Part shown: piece by piece, positions 11,901-23,679 of the stretch
How positions within the stretch are numbered: position 1 is the first letter of the stretch
Layout: each line of letters starts with the position of its first letter
Origin: Callorhinchus milii
Lineage: Eukaryota
Assembly (NCBI RefSeq): GCF_018977255.1
Contig: NW_024704742.1
Span: 132,124,001 to 132,188,000, forward strand
DNA: 64,000 bases
Direction: 5' to 3'
Notes under the pieces: generated by a model
Seen by the model: the letters and a program-made list of their open reading frames with translations, nothing else
Database searches by the model: none
Told to the model about the DNA's origin: nothing
Made by a program: the position numbers and the translations under genes

Positions 11901-12162
11901 ATGATTATTATTTTATTAATATTTATTATATTCATTTCTCCAGATGTACCAGGCACAATGCTCTGCTGTGCGATTCCTGACTATGAATTGCAGTGTAAGG
12001 TTTTTTTGGTGAAGATGTTTTGGATGTAAGGGAATGTGTTTAATAGAAATCAAGTTAGGTAATGTGAGAGACATTACCAGATAAAATAATTTCATTATTG
12101 GGAATAGGAGGAAACAAAATACGTCTGAGTGAAAAATATTTCTTAATCCTCAATTTTACAGT
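11901..12162 (+). repeat. Local direct duplication, copy 2, interrupting a minus-strand SINE tail
   Basis: Matches 9190-9452; SINE tail pieces lie at 11858-11900 and 12183-12237. Confidence 0.93.
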
Positions 12163-12519
12163 AATTCTCATAATGCTCAGTACAGCGCTTCAAAGGATAC
12201 ACTATAAAGTGTAGTGACTGTGTGTTTTCTAGGTGAAAGATGGATGACGAAGCATGGTGAGGAGAGACCAAGCTTGGGTTTTAATGACTAAGGATCACTT
12301 AGATATTCCTTTATTCTAATAATAATTACTAATTATTGTCATTAATGATACCTAAGTTAATGATAATAATCCTTGCATTTGATATACCGCCTTATCACAT
12401 CATTGAGACGTCTCAAAGCACATCATAGAATATACTGTAAAATGAATTGACTGTGTATTTGGGAGGGTGAATTATGCAATTATTTATTTAATAAATTAAT
12501 AATTACATATTAATAATTT

Positions 12520-12960
12520 GTTCTCCTATCTCTCCTTGCTTGGTGCTTCATTAGTGCTTCAGTTTCTCTGTGGAGCATTTATTCAAAATATTCAAAGTAA
12601 GGCGGCTGAAAGAAGGGGAATAAACAAGAATGTTTGGTCAAAGTTCTTGGCAACTTTCTGCAAAGTGAAACTAAAAAGGGCGAATGAATGACGCAGGCCT
12701 CACTGTGAGAAATCTCATTATAAGTTCAGCCACTGAAGTTTTCGCAGCTATTCTAATGATTGGATTTTTAGGTAAGCCTAAAGGATGGCTCTGATTAATG
12801 AAGTACCATTGTGCAACCCATGATAGATGATCTGATTCCATTCAGCCTCATAACCCTTCATTGTTATTCACCGGGCTGATGATGCAAAAGCAAGACTATT
12901 ACGGGCAATAACTGGAAAACCAACGCAAAAATAAACACGGAGCAAACATACCTATAATGC
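12520..12960. promoter_or_regulatory. Candidate enhancer (CNE-like)
   Basis: Repeat-free island; TGATTAATGA 12792, TGATAGATGA 12821, Sox-type CATTGT twice. Confidence 0.4.
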
Positions 12961-12963
12961 AAA

Positions 12964-13213
12964 ATGATAATAATAATAATAATCAGCATCCTTGCATTTG
13001 ATATAGCGCTTATCACGTCTTCAAGACGTCTCAAAGCGCTTTACAGAATATACTGTAAAGTAAATTGTTTGTATATTGTGTGGGCAAAATGCAGCAGCCA
13101 ATTGCGCATAGCAGTGTTCCACAAACAGTCGTGGATTGAAGTGACCAATTTTTTTTGAAGGAATTACTATCTCCGGAAAAGCAATCCACTAATCGACTAA
13201 CAACCGGGCTTCT
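12964..13213 (-). mobile_element. SINE family A, 3' two-thirds
   Basis: Tail and body close to family consensus. Confidence 0.9.
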
Positions 13214-13471
13214 ACAAATGATTGTAATTTATTAGACGATGTGCATTATCCATGGCACAAGCACACCGAGGTGAAAGCTAATTTTAAAATCCTTTCTGAT
13301 TCTAGATAAACAATATTAATAATAATAATCCTTGCATTTGAAATAGCACTTTATCAATCACATCACTGAGACATCTCAAAGCGCTATGCTGAATATTCTG
13401 CAAAGTGAATTGACTATGTATTTTGTGGGTGAAATGTACTTCTTCACTCACTTTACCTTCCACATGTTGAA

Positions 13472-13775
13472 GTGTTAGTCTGGCTCAGTTGGTAGCAATC
13501 TTGCCTATGAGCTAGCAAGTCGTGGGTTCAAGCCACGTATCGGGACTTTGAGCTCATAGTCTAGGTTAATGTTCTTGGGGGAGCGCTCCGCTGTTGAAGC
13601 TGCTATGCCTGTTCAGGTGAACGTTAAAGATCCCATTGCACTATTGAAAGAGAAGGGAGTTTCTCCCAATCTCCGGACTGACAATGCCCCAGATAAAGGT
13701 GGTCATTCTGTTGAAGGCTGTTTGTGTTGCCATGGTGTAGGTAAAATGCTGCCACGTTCGCCTACAAAGACAGCA
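13472..13775 (+). mobile_element. SINE family B with internal deletions
   Basis: Head GGCTCAGTTGGTAGC and Deu core. Confidence 0.8.
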
Positions 13776-14073
13776 TTGGCACTCAACAGTAATTGAAACA
13801 TATCAGTGTAATAAATTGCTCTAAAAAATGAAATATCTTTTTCGTCTAACACTCAACTCAAACGTAACGCAAATTTAACAACTTACACAGGATAGTGTCT
13901 CGGAGCGTTGTATATTGGGGCGGTTGGATGCCGAACAAGGGAAAAAGATGATGTAGAGGTGGCCATTTAGTCAGAATCACTGATCGATATAGAAATAATA
14001 ACAATTCTTATACTTAACACAGCTCTTTTCATGTTGGGAGAATATATGAAAGCTCTTCACAAGGTTTACTGTA

Positions 14074-14893
14074 AACAACAACAACAAAAACAAGATTCCA
14101 TTTATAAAGCGCCTTTCACGTCAGGAGGACGTCCCAAGGCGCTGCACAGTTGGGTCATGACCCGAGCAGGGGGGAAATGGTCAGGGTGAGGGGAGGGAAG
14201 GGAGGGAGCAAGGAGGGGGAAATGGTCAGGGTGAGGGGAGGGAAGGGAGGGAGCGAGGAGGGGGAAGAGAGTCGAGAGGGGAGCTGAAGGCACGGTCAAA
14301 GAGAAAGGTTTTGAGACCGGCCTTGAAGGAGGAAAGGGAGGAAGCAAGGCGAAGCCACTGGGGGATGGAGTTCCAGAGCCTGGGGGCTGAGAGGCTGAAG
14401 GCCCGACCACCGATGGTAGGGCAGTTGGGGCGGGGGATGTGGAGCAGACCAGAGCCAGAGGAACGGAGGGTACGGGCAGGTAGGTAGGGGGATAGTAGCT
14501 TGGAGAGGTAGGAGGGAGCAAGGCCGTGAATGGTCTTGTAGGTGAGGATGAGGATCTTGAAATCAATCCTCTGGGGGATGGGGAGCCAGTGGAGGCGAGC
14601 GAGGGTGGGAGTGATGTGGTCCCGAAGCCTGGTGCGGGACAGTATACGAGCTGCAGAGTTCTGAATGACCTGCAGCTTGTGGAGGGAGGTGGCGGGAAGG
14701 CCGGCGAGGAGAGAGTTCCCATAGTCCAGCCTTGAGGTGACAAAGGCGTGGACCAGGGTTTCAGCAGCGTGAGGGGTGAGGTAATGCCGTAGTCTGGCGA
14801 TGTTCCGAAGGTGATGGAAGGCGGTGCCAATTGTGGTGCAGATGTGAGGGAGAAAGGACAGCTCAGGGTCGAACAAAACGCCGAGGTTCAGTG
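14074..14893 (-). mobile_element. L2 LINE 3' fragment, young, with uninterrupted ORF2 C-terminus
   Basis: ORF 14226-14960: NLGVLFDPELSF...HAFVTSRLDYGNSLLAGLP...LHWLPIPQRIDFKI...FKAGLKTFLF; tail (TTG)n; N-terminal part of the ORF is SINE read-in. Confidence 0.95.
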
Positions 14894-14904
14894 TAAGGAT
14901 CATG

Positions 14905-15250
14905 TAATTGTGCAGGCAAACTAGACAACCATTTTGCACAGAGCAATGTCCCACAAACACCCATGAAGTGAATGACTAATAGTTATTAATAATTAATTAA
15001 TAATTATTAATTATTAATAATAATAATAGTTATTATTATTAAGGGAGATTATTGGCCGGGACATGACAAAAAAAAACCTTCTCTTTACAAATAGTGATAT
15101 GGGATCTTGACCGTTCATGTGAACAGATATACGTGGATTCTAGTTTAAGGGCTTGTTCCGAAGGGCGGCACCTCCGACCATGCCACACACACCCAGCACT
15201 GAACAAATAGTGTTAGCCTAGACAATATGAGTTCAAAGTCCCGACGTGGC
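14905..15250 (-). mobile_element. SINE family B fragment with AT-rich insert (~14978-15040)
   Basis: Deu body on minus strand interrupted by TTAATAA-type low complexity. Confidence 0.75.
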
Positions 15251-15849
15251 AACGTGTAATTTTTCTTGCAATCCAGAGAAACTTCAATAAAAAGTATAAG
15301 ACTGCAAATCGTCCATTTGAGTATTTCCTGTTGATGGCTGGATTTTTTAAAAAAAACTAATGGTTTACTGAAAATGACAAGTGTGCCCATTGTTCCCGAG
15401 ATCACTTGTCGGAAAAGCCCAAAGGATTACACAATGTAATTGTGCTGAACTGGTAACAAAAGTGACAATTCAATTTATTATCTAATTAATTCATCTAGTC
15501 ACATTTGTAATGCAGAGCTTTATAGATGGTCCTGATTGTGCTGTAGCTTTAATATGCCAGCAGCACATACTAGGCAATACACAGCAAGGATGATTATTAT
15601 TATCTTTCATATTGCAGTTGCCGGTCAGCAAACAAAGAGCTTCCCACATGAGTGCCCCTTTCACCTCTTTCACGCCATGGGTGAGATGGATCGCGCCAAA
15701 GGGAGAAGCTGCAAGAGATCCTGGAAGTGTTATCGATAAAATAATAATTTTGCATTTAATATAGCTCCTTTCACATCAGGTGGATTCACTGCGAAGTGTA
15801 CTGATTAAATTAAACCCAAAACAATAGTGTTAGATCCACTGACACAGTA

Positions 15850-16105
15850 GAACAAGAAGACATAGGTTTCGGGTTGCAAAGGATGATTTCAAGACAGACA
15901 GAAGCAATACTTTGCCCAGAGGGTAATTAATGACTGGACCAGATTACCGGAAAAGTTGGTTGAGATCAGGACATTGGAATCATTTAAAAAACAGCTTGAT
16001 GCTGTAATGGAACAATGGGAGGGTGACTGTAGACCCATCGATCTGCCTGGATGGGCCTAATGTCCTGTTTTTCTGCTGTAACATTTCATGTTTCTCTGAT
16101 CCAAT
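15850..16105 (+). mobile_element. CR1 3' fragment
   Basis: RT C-terminal remnant and GATGGGCCTAATG tail. Confidence 0.7.
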
Positions 16106-16189
16106 GACCATGGGGAAAGCTGTTTTTGTAGCACACTCAATATTGAATCTGGCTTGTATCTGCTCTGCATCATTGGATATATATTTGAA

Positions 16190-16335
16190 AAGAAAAAAAT
16201 TGCAAGGCTATGAAGAAAGCTGGGGGTGTGGGACTGATTGGATAGCTCTTTCAAAGAGCCAGCACAGGCACGGTGGGTCGAATGGCCTCCTTCTGTGCTC
16301 TAGGATCCCATGAATCTTCTATGATTCTATGGTTC
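16190..16335 (+). mobile_element. CR1 3' tail
   Basis: GGGTCGAATGGCCTCCTTCTGTGCT...TTCTATGATTCTATG. Confidence 0.8.
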
Positions 16336-16888
16336 ACGGGACTAACATGAGTTGCTGAATTGTAATACCCTCTGTTTTTCAAGAATATTGTCTGAAATGG
16401 TTCCAAACATGCAGTGGATGGCCTTTTATGTACAGCAAAAATTGTACTGCCTTTCATATAAAAGAATGTCTCAAAGCACTTTACCGTGGGTGATGATAGG
16501 AACAGAGCTAGATGGGAAAGGAAGGGGAGTAAGAGGGAAGGTTGTAGATGTAATTTTTAGAAGAGTTTTGAAGGCAGCAATAAAGTGTGGAATGCACACA
16601 AATTTTAGGAGTGAGTTCTAGACCACAGGGACATAAGTAGCTTAAAGCTAAATCCAGACCGGACTGAAGGGATGAAAGCTTGCACTCTCTCTTGCTCTCG
16701 TGACTCTAAACATCAGCGAAATGTGTTCCAGGGTCTAAAGTGGGCATGCATCCAGAATTTAAAAGGTGCACTAATTGGTAGTAAACTAACACGTTCAGTC
16801 ATAGAGGTTGAAGGATGTTACATGGTTTTGAGCTACGGTCCGAGATTGGGGCTCAGATATTTTTGCAGTAAACTTGTGCCATGTCTGT

Positions 16889-17021
16889 CAGACACCAGGA
16901 AGCATTATTTTAGAGAGTAATTAATGACTGGAACAGGCTACCAGAAAAGTTGGTTGAGATCAGGATATTGGAATCATTTAAGAAAAACAGCTTGATGCTG
17001 TGATGGAAAAATGGAAGGGTG
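16889..17021 (+). mobile_element. CR1 fragment without tail, near-copy of 15895-16025
   Basis: Shared GTAATTAATGACTGG...GTTGGTTGAGATCAGGA...CAGCTTGATGCTGT. Confidence 0.8.
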
Positions 17022-19179
17022 CTTGATGTTGACAATTAGTGAGGAAGGTGGAAATATATCCCATCCCCAGAGTATCTCCTCTTGTATGGAAGAGCACACA
17101 TTTCACCAACAAAAAAATGTGATATCGATTTGGACCTAACTCCCACTACCATGCCTCTCAATTTCTTCACTGTTTAGTGGAATAATTGCTATGGTACATT
17201 CATTTCCTAGATATCATCAAAATTCAGCCCATAGTCAAGCAATTAGGCTCGTCGAGCATGGTGGATGTTTTAGAAGGATTAGAATGATAGACTGAAGAGT
17301 CTTTTTCATCCAAACTAATCTTGTGATTTTGTGATTTGCTAGCTCCTCCATTCCATACCCAATTCCTTTCTTTTTCCACATACCAATCTATGTTAAATGG
17401 CACATTCAAAAAGAGAAGAGAGTTTCTCCTGGTATCCTGGCCAATAGATTCCCCAAATAAAATTGGTCACTCACTCCATGGTTGCCTATTGTGCGCAACT
17501 GGCTAGCACCTCACCCACAAAATACACAGTTAATCCATTTTACAGTATGTCCTGTGTAGCAATTCGAGACATCTCAACGATGTTCTAAAGCGCTATATCA
17601 AATACAAGAAATATTATTACTTTATTATAATTATAAAGTTTGTCTTTTTCAGACTTTTAGAGGAGCATTGCCATACAAGAAGGCAAATGGCGCTGACAGG
17701 ATGGCTCTTAAAAGAGCTGGCACAAACCCGATGGGTGACCGAATGGTATTCTGTGCTGTAAATTTCTATGGTTCTATGGATCTCATAGTGCCCACAGGCT
17801 GATATTATTGTTTCCCAGGGTAATAAACATAGTGTAAAGTAGCAGCCCTCTATGAAATTCTGGTATGAAAGTTATTATCAAGCTTGTCACAATCAAACTG
17901 GAAATGCTCCAGTGCCTCCATACCCAGTGAAGCTTGCTTGTTTTGGGATTTGCTCGCAATGCATAAGCAATATAAATATAGTTTACAGCTCGTTCGCTAA
18001 CTATGTGCAGTTCTGAGTTATTTTAAAGGCATGCAAGTGGATTCACTGACCATCTGCGTCTGATTTGATTATTGTCACTTTCTTAATTTATCAAATGGTC
18101 CGAATGACCCATGAGTATTACCCTCTTCCCCCCACTTTGCCGCCCAACTCGGCTTAGCAGGCAGGGCCAAAGCCACCTGTGCAACCATCGGATTTGCTTT
18201 TCGCCGGATTGGAATGCCAGTTCAGATAACAATGACTAAACTCTTTATTTTCTTTTATAAAGTTACAATCCTGGGCTTTAAAACCATCATGCACAAGCAC
18301 TATCCATAAACCCAATAGGTGGCCTTCAGGAACAACTACTGTAACATCTTCGCAGAACAGTTGACATCTATAGTTATTAGCATATTAAGGGTCACAATTT
18401 GCACACAGACACACACACACACACTATTTGATGTTTCACTACCATGCGTGTCTCAAGGATACACGTGACAGCCAGCCAGGGTTGCAGAGATACAGAAGTA
18501 AAACGTGACAAAACAGCCACACGGTGCGTTCGATCCATGCCCCATGATTGGGTTTCAAAGGTCAATCGAGATCTGAAGCAATGAACACTCTGCCAATTTC
18601 CAGCTGACAGCTGGAGCAGGCTTATCAGAGTCACTCCAGGTATAAATGGAAACAGCGTTTGTCATCAGGAAGCAATGTCAGAGGTCAATAGAACACAGAG
18701 ATGACCGATTAGACGCTCCTTTAAGCAACAAGTCTTTGAAGCTCTCCCTCTGTGATGTTTCCATTTCCACTTGTTCTCTTCAACCAGAAGGAGTCTGCAG
18801 CATTTTCCAGGGAGAGGTGTGCTTTTGAAGTCTCTTTCTGAAGTCCTTGAATTTTGGGGGAGTCACTGACACTGTCCCTCTCACCTCAGCGAGCGGGTGT
18901 ACATGCACAGTGGGGTATCATTTGCAATTATCTGAGAAAGCAACAGGGAAAAGCAATGGGAACCGCTCATTTGAAGCCATCGATTTAAGATCGCCACCGA
19001 AAAAAAGACTAGTCAGTTTAGGAGATTTATTGCTTTAAAACAACGAGGGTCATCAGGACATTGGTATTCACCAGAATCCATCATAAATATTAAGAAAGGG
19101 AATTACTTGGAAAAGGAAAATATAATTGTGTGGGGGGAAAAGGCAGAGGAGTGGGACTAAATAGGCACCTCTTTCAGAG

Positions 19180-19390
19180 TGCTGGTATGATGGGATCAAT
19201 TGCATTTATATAGCGTCTTTCACATTGGGAGGATATTCTGAGGCCCTGCACCCGAGGTGGGGGGTAGGATTGGGAGAGATGACCGAAGGCTCGGTCAAAA
19301 GTAAGGTCTTCGAACAGAGCTTGGAGGAGACTAGGTAAAGGGTGAGGCAAAGGGACTGCGAGATAGAATTGAATAGAGTGGGGGGGACCA
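19180..19390 (-). mobile_element. L2 3' end, degenerate
   Basis: Reverse tail TTGCATTTATATAGCG; FEDLTFDRAF remnant. Confidence 0.7.
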
Positions 19391-19679
19391 AGAATTTTCA
19401 CTCTGAAATTAAAGACCGATCAGATACAAAATTGTCTCACAGTAGTTACTGTTAGGTGTGCATGGGCAGGGGACATGAGGCAGGCCAGTGCTTTGTGACG
19501 TCTTTCTTGAATTGCGCTTGATTCAAATCAAGTCAACATTTAGATTTTGTCTTCCACCACTGAGATGAATGAAAATTGGAGCAATCCTGTTTGACTTGAA
19601 TGTTTAACTCGAACTCCAGTCTCCCTTCTGTACTTTCTCATTGCATCTGCTAAAATCAGTCAAAATCCACCAAATATAA

Positions 19680-19945
19680 TATAATAATACAATAATAATC
19701 ATTGCATTTGATATAGCCTATATGACATTGTCAGAAGTCTCAAAGCATTTCATAGGATTTTACTGTAAAGTGTATTTTATAGGCAAATGCAGAAGTCAAT
19801 TTGCACTCACCAATATCCCACAAACCAGCCATGAAGTGAATGACCAGTTTTAGCTGGGGGATTATTGGCCAAGACACTGGGACAAACTCCCTTCTCTTTT
19901 CAAATAGCGTCCACAGGATTTTTAACGTCCATCTGAATAGGCACC
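19680..19945 (-). mobile_element. SINE family B, 3' half
   Basis: Tail and Deu core. Confidence 0.85.
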
Positions 19946-21059
19946 ACCGAATGCTACGCACAGGAAACCAACCCTATATCAACCCCGTTGTTTAATTTCA
20001 CATGATAAGTAGTGATCTTCAACTGCTGTCCAATGATATGACAAAAAAATCTAAAAAAGCAGCCCCTATAAATAAACATTTGCCCACAAAACACAGTCAC
20101 TGAACTTCGTAGTACTTTGTCGAAGTTAGAGGCTCTCTACCAAATGTAATTATTATTATTATGATTATTATTTATCAGTAGTAGTCATAGTAATTTCAGT
20201 GGATAACTCTGAATACTAGGGTGGATCATGATGAATATATTCTGGTATTTCACGTACCAATTTTTCACAAAAATAGCTGAGCAAAACTTGTAAATAAAGA
20301 AATAAAACAAACTTGTCCACATAGCGTAAATTTATTAAGATTTGTATTTCTCTGCGCGTTGACATATGCTAATGCTATTTTTTTTTCTCAGCCCCTCAGC
20401 GCATTGGGCCCATTAAATCCCGACTCTATTTCCGTGTAATGGATCAATCCGCGTTCTTTTAAGAATGAGGACAAAACATTGTGACATGCTTAATATTACT
20501 CCTGCCAACCTGTCCACTCAGATTTCTTGCAATTTAAAGAGCTGCTGATTGCATCCTGTAATAGGCTGCCAAAGGACAAATGTATGCGCGGTGCTAGGGC
20601 AGCGAGGAGATGAATAATGCATCGGGACCATTGGTAGTCGAGCTTAACTTTGAAAAGTTGTAGTTTTTTCAATATGGCCTGATTTATACAAATACATTTA
20701 AAACAGACAGTGACTGATTTAATGGTATTCATCACTTCGGCATTGCTTGTGCACCCCAGTGAAAGTTTCCTTCCCTTTCCCCGTGCCTTATCCTGTTTTC
20801 CGCTGCCTCATGTAAATAAAATGTTCACCTTGTCAATGAATGCTCCTTTGTGGGGCACACATATATATTGCGTTAAAATGTGCCGGATGCTACTGAAAGA
20901 TAAATGTTTTATGGCTCATATCCAGCCATGTATGAATTGTGAATGAACACTAATTCATATGAGGCATGACAATGCAACCCATGCCAAAATGCCTCATATG
21001 CATAAATGCACCAGACAGCATTAATGTATACTCTCTGCTACAACATACCGGCCTATTTA

Positions 21060-21312
21060 TCACATTTGATATAGTGCCCCATCATGCCGTGAGACGTTTC
21101 AAAGCATTTCACATGATTTTACTGTAAAGTGTAGTGACTGTGTATTTTGTAGGGAAACCCGGCAGCCAATTTGTACTCAGCAATATCCCATTCATCAGCC
21201 ATGAAGTGAGTGATCTATTTTATCTGGGGGATGGTTGGCTAGGACACAAGGAAAATTCCCTTCCCTTTTCAAATCGGGCCCACGGCATCTTTAATGTCTA
21301 CCTGAACAGATA
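21060..21312 (-). mobile_element. SINE family B, 3' half
   Basis: Tail and Deu core. Confidence 0.85.
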
Positions 21313-21581
21313 TATGTCATTGACAAACCACGTGAGCACTTTTCGAGGTGTGAAGGTCACTAGGCAAAAAACAAACGTGATATTGACCAGAGATTTTACC
21401 TTCATAATCTTACCTACCACCCACCTCTGCAATTTCCTTCTTGTATCCTCCTCTTTTCTTACACTTGTCCATTGTTCGTTTCTCATTCGCTAACTTCCCA
21501 CCAAGCCCTCCCCTTCCCTCCTCCCCAAAGCCTCTCTGGAACTTACTCCCAAAGAGAGTCTATTTTGGCGTAATGGATCTC

Positions 21582-21985
21582 AGTCACCTTGCTCAGTTGG
21601 TAGCACAGTTGCCACTGAGTCAGAAGGTTGTCGATTCAAGCCCCACGTCAGCATTTTGAGCTCAAAGTCTAGGCTGACACTAATGCAGTGCTGGGGAGTA
21701 ACATGAGATATTCAACAGAGATGAGACATTCAAAAGAACTTTGTCTATCTGTTCAGATGGACTTTAAAGATCCCGTGGCACTTACAAACAGGGTTCCACC
21801 TGGTGTCCTGGCCAACAATCTCCCCAGATAAAAATTGGTCATTCGATTCATGGCTGTTCGTGGGACATTGCTCTGTGCAAATTGGCCACCATGTTTGCCT
21901 GCAAAATGCACATTCACTACACTTCACAGTATATCCAGTGAGGTCCTCCTTCATGAAAGGCAATGTATAAAATGTAAAGATTACA
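21582..21985 (+). mobile_element. SINE family B, near full length
   Basis: Head GCTCAGTTGGTAGCAC, Deu core, tail. Confidence 0.85.
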
Positions 21986-22154
21986 ATTTTGCCTTATGCC
22001 TTTACTCCCTGCCTTCACAGCCCTCTGATCTCTTTTAGCAAACCTTTGAGCTAAACCTATTCCCAAGGTGACATGCTTGGAAATGCAATGTCAAAACCAA
22101 CTCAACTCTCTGTGGTGGTCTCGGTAGTCTGGTTCCTGAGCCAGTTGTGTCCGT

Positions 22155-22481
22155 GGTACTCCTGAGAGCACTGCTGATTACAAACCTGCTTGTCTCAACA
22201 GCAGGACTTGGAGGGGCATTTTTGGAGGGATTATTGCCAGGGAAGCTTCCAATTCAGCTCCAGTTAACCTTGCAACCCAAAGCCCTAGCAGGTACAGTGG
22301 TCTAAGTTGTACAAGCAGTGGGAAAGCTTCCTAACCTCTCCAGGGAGAGAGTGAGCCTTCCATTCTAGACACAGGGAAATGCTCACGTCTGGGTGGCATA
22401 CATATGTGGAACTCTCAGCGTGGTTTGGATCTCATTGCGATCAGTTTCCATATGTGTCAGAAACTCGGCTGAGCCAAAAGC
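22155..22481 (+). mobile_element. Unnamed old repeat family C
   Basis: CACTGCTGAT...GTTAACCTTGCAA...GGAACTCTCAG..TGGTTTGGAT...GTGTCAGAAACTCGGCTGA. Confidence 0.7.
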
Positions 22482-22869
22482 TACCTGCCTTGTCTGTACC
22501 AGCAGAGCCAAAGAATCTTTAACATCCACCTCAACAGGCGGACGGAATCTCGGTTTAATACGCCATCTGAAGGACAGCACCTCAGACAATGCAGCACTCC
22601 CCCAGCATCGCACTGGAGTGTTAGCTCATTGGATGATTATTAACTATTTTCTCCGTGCAGCAAATGCCCTTAATTCACAAGCAGAATTGAACATGTGGGA
22701 GTGAATACATCATAACGGAAAGCTGATTGACAATGATTAAAGCAGTTGCCCCTTGATCCTGTCCTTCATTTACACTGGCTGACCTCAGTTACAAACCACC
22801 GTGTGTCCACGTTTCAATCCTTGCTCAATTTCAGCGTACCTCTCTGCTGTATCTTACACGTACGTATGT

Positions 22870-23612
22870 GGAATTCTGTAGCTTAGTGGTTAGAGCACTC
22901 GCCTCGCAAGCGAGAGATGTGGGTTCAATTCCCATCAAGGTGAAACGTTGGGTAAATTTCCATACTCCACACACCTAGTAAGTAGGATTCGCAAATTGCT
23001 TTCCAGGGTTAATAATTCCTTCAAAAAAATAATAAATTGGTCACTCAATCCGCGACTGTTTGTGGGACACTGCTGTGTGCAATTGGCTGCCGTGTTTCAC
23101 CAACAAAATATACAGTCAATTCACTTTAGAGTATGTTCTGTGAAGCGTTTTGAGACGTCTCGAAGACGCGATAAGGGCCTATATCAAATGCAAGAATTAT
23201 TATTAGACTATTATTATTTCTGCGTTATATAAGTGCAATCCTGAAGCGAATTGGTTAGAGCACTCGCCTCACGAGGGAGAGGCCCCAGGTTCAATTCCTG
23301 GTGGGGCAAAACCTTAGGCAGGTTTCCTTACTCCACACGCCTCTGTTTATCTGGCAGTAAGAAGAATCCAATTGTTAGTCGATTGGCAGATCACTTTTCA
23401 GGGGGTAATAAGCCTTCCAAAAAAATATATAATAATTTGGTCACTCAATCCACGACTGTTTGTGGGACACTGCTTTGCGCAATTGGCTGCCACCTTTTGC
23501 CCACAAAATACATATTCGATTTACTTTACAGAATATTGTTTGAAGCGCGTTGCGATTGCTCAATGACGTGATAAGGGGCTGTAACAAATGCAAAGGTATT
23601 ATTATTATTATA
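22870..23612 (+). mobile_element. Two tandem SINE family A copies (22870-23215, 23236-23612)
   Basis: Two heads, bodies and tails in series. Confidence 0.9.
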
Positions 23613-23679
23613 ATTTCATCCCGTCAATAATGGTTAAAAGACAAACAACGCTGGCCGCGGAATTGGATGTGAAATGACA

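Noticed and set aside
14102..14830. 242-aa Pro/Ser-rich overlapping ORF
   Set aside because: Alternative frame of C-rich L2 sequence; similar frames recur in the other L2 copies
14226..14960. 244-aa ORF as a host gene
   Set aside because: It is the C-terminus of L2 ORF2, with a start borrowed from an adjacent SINE
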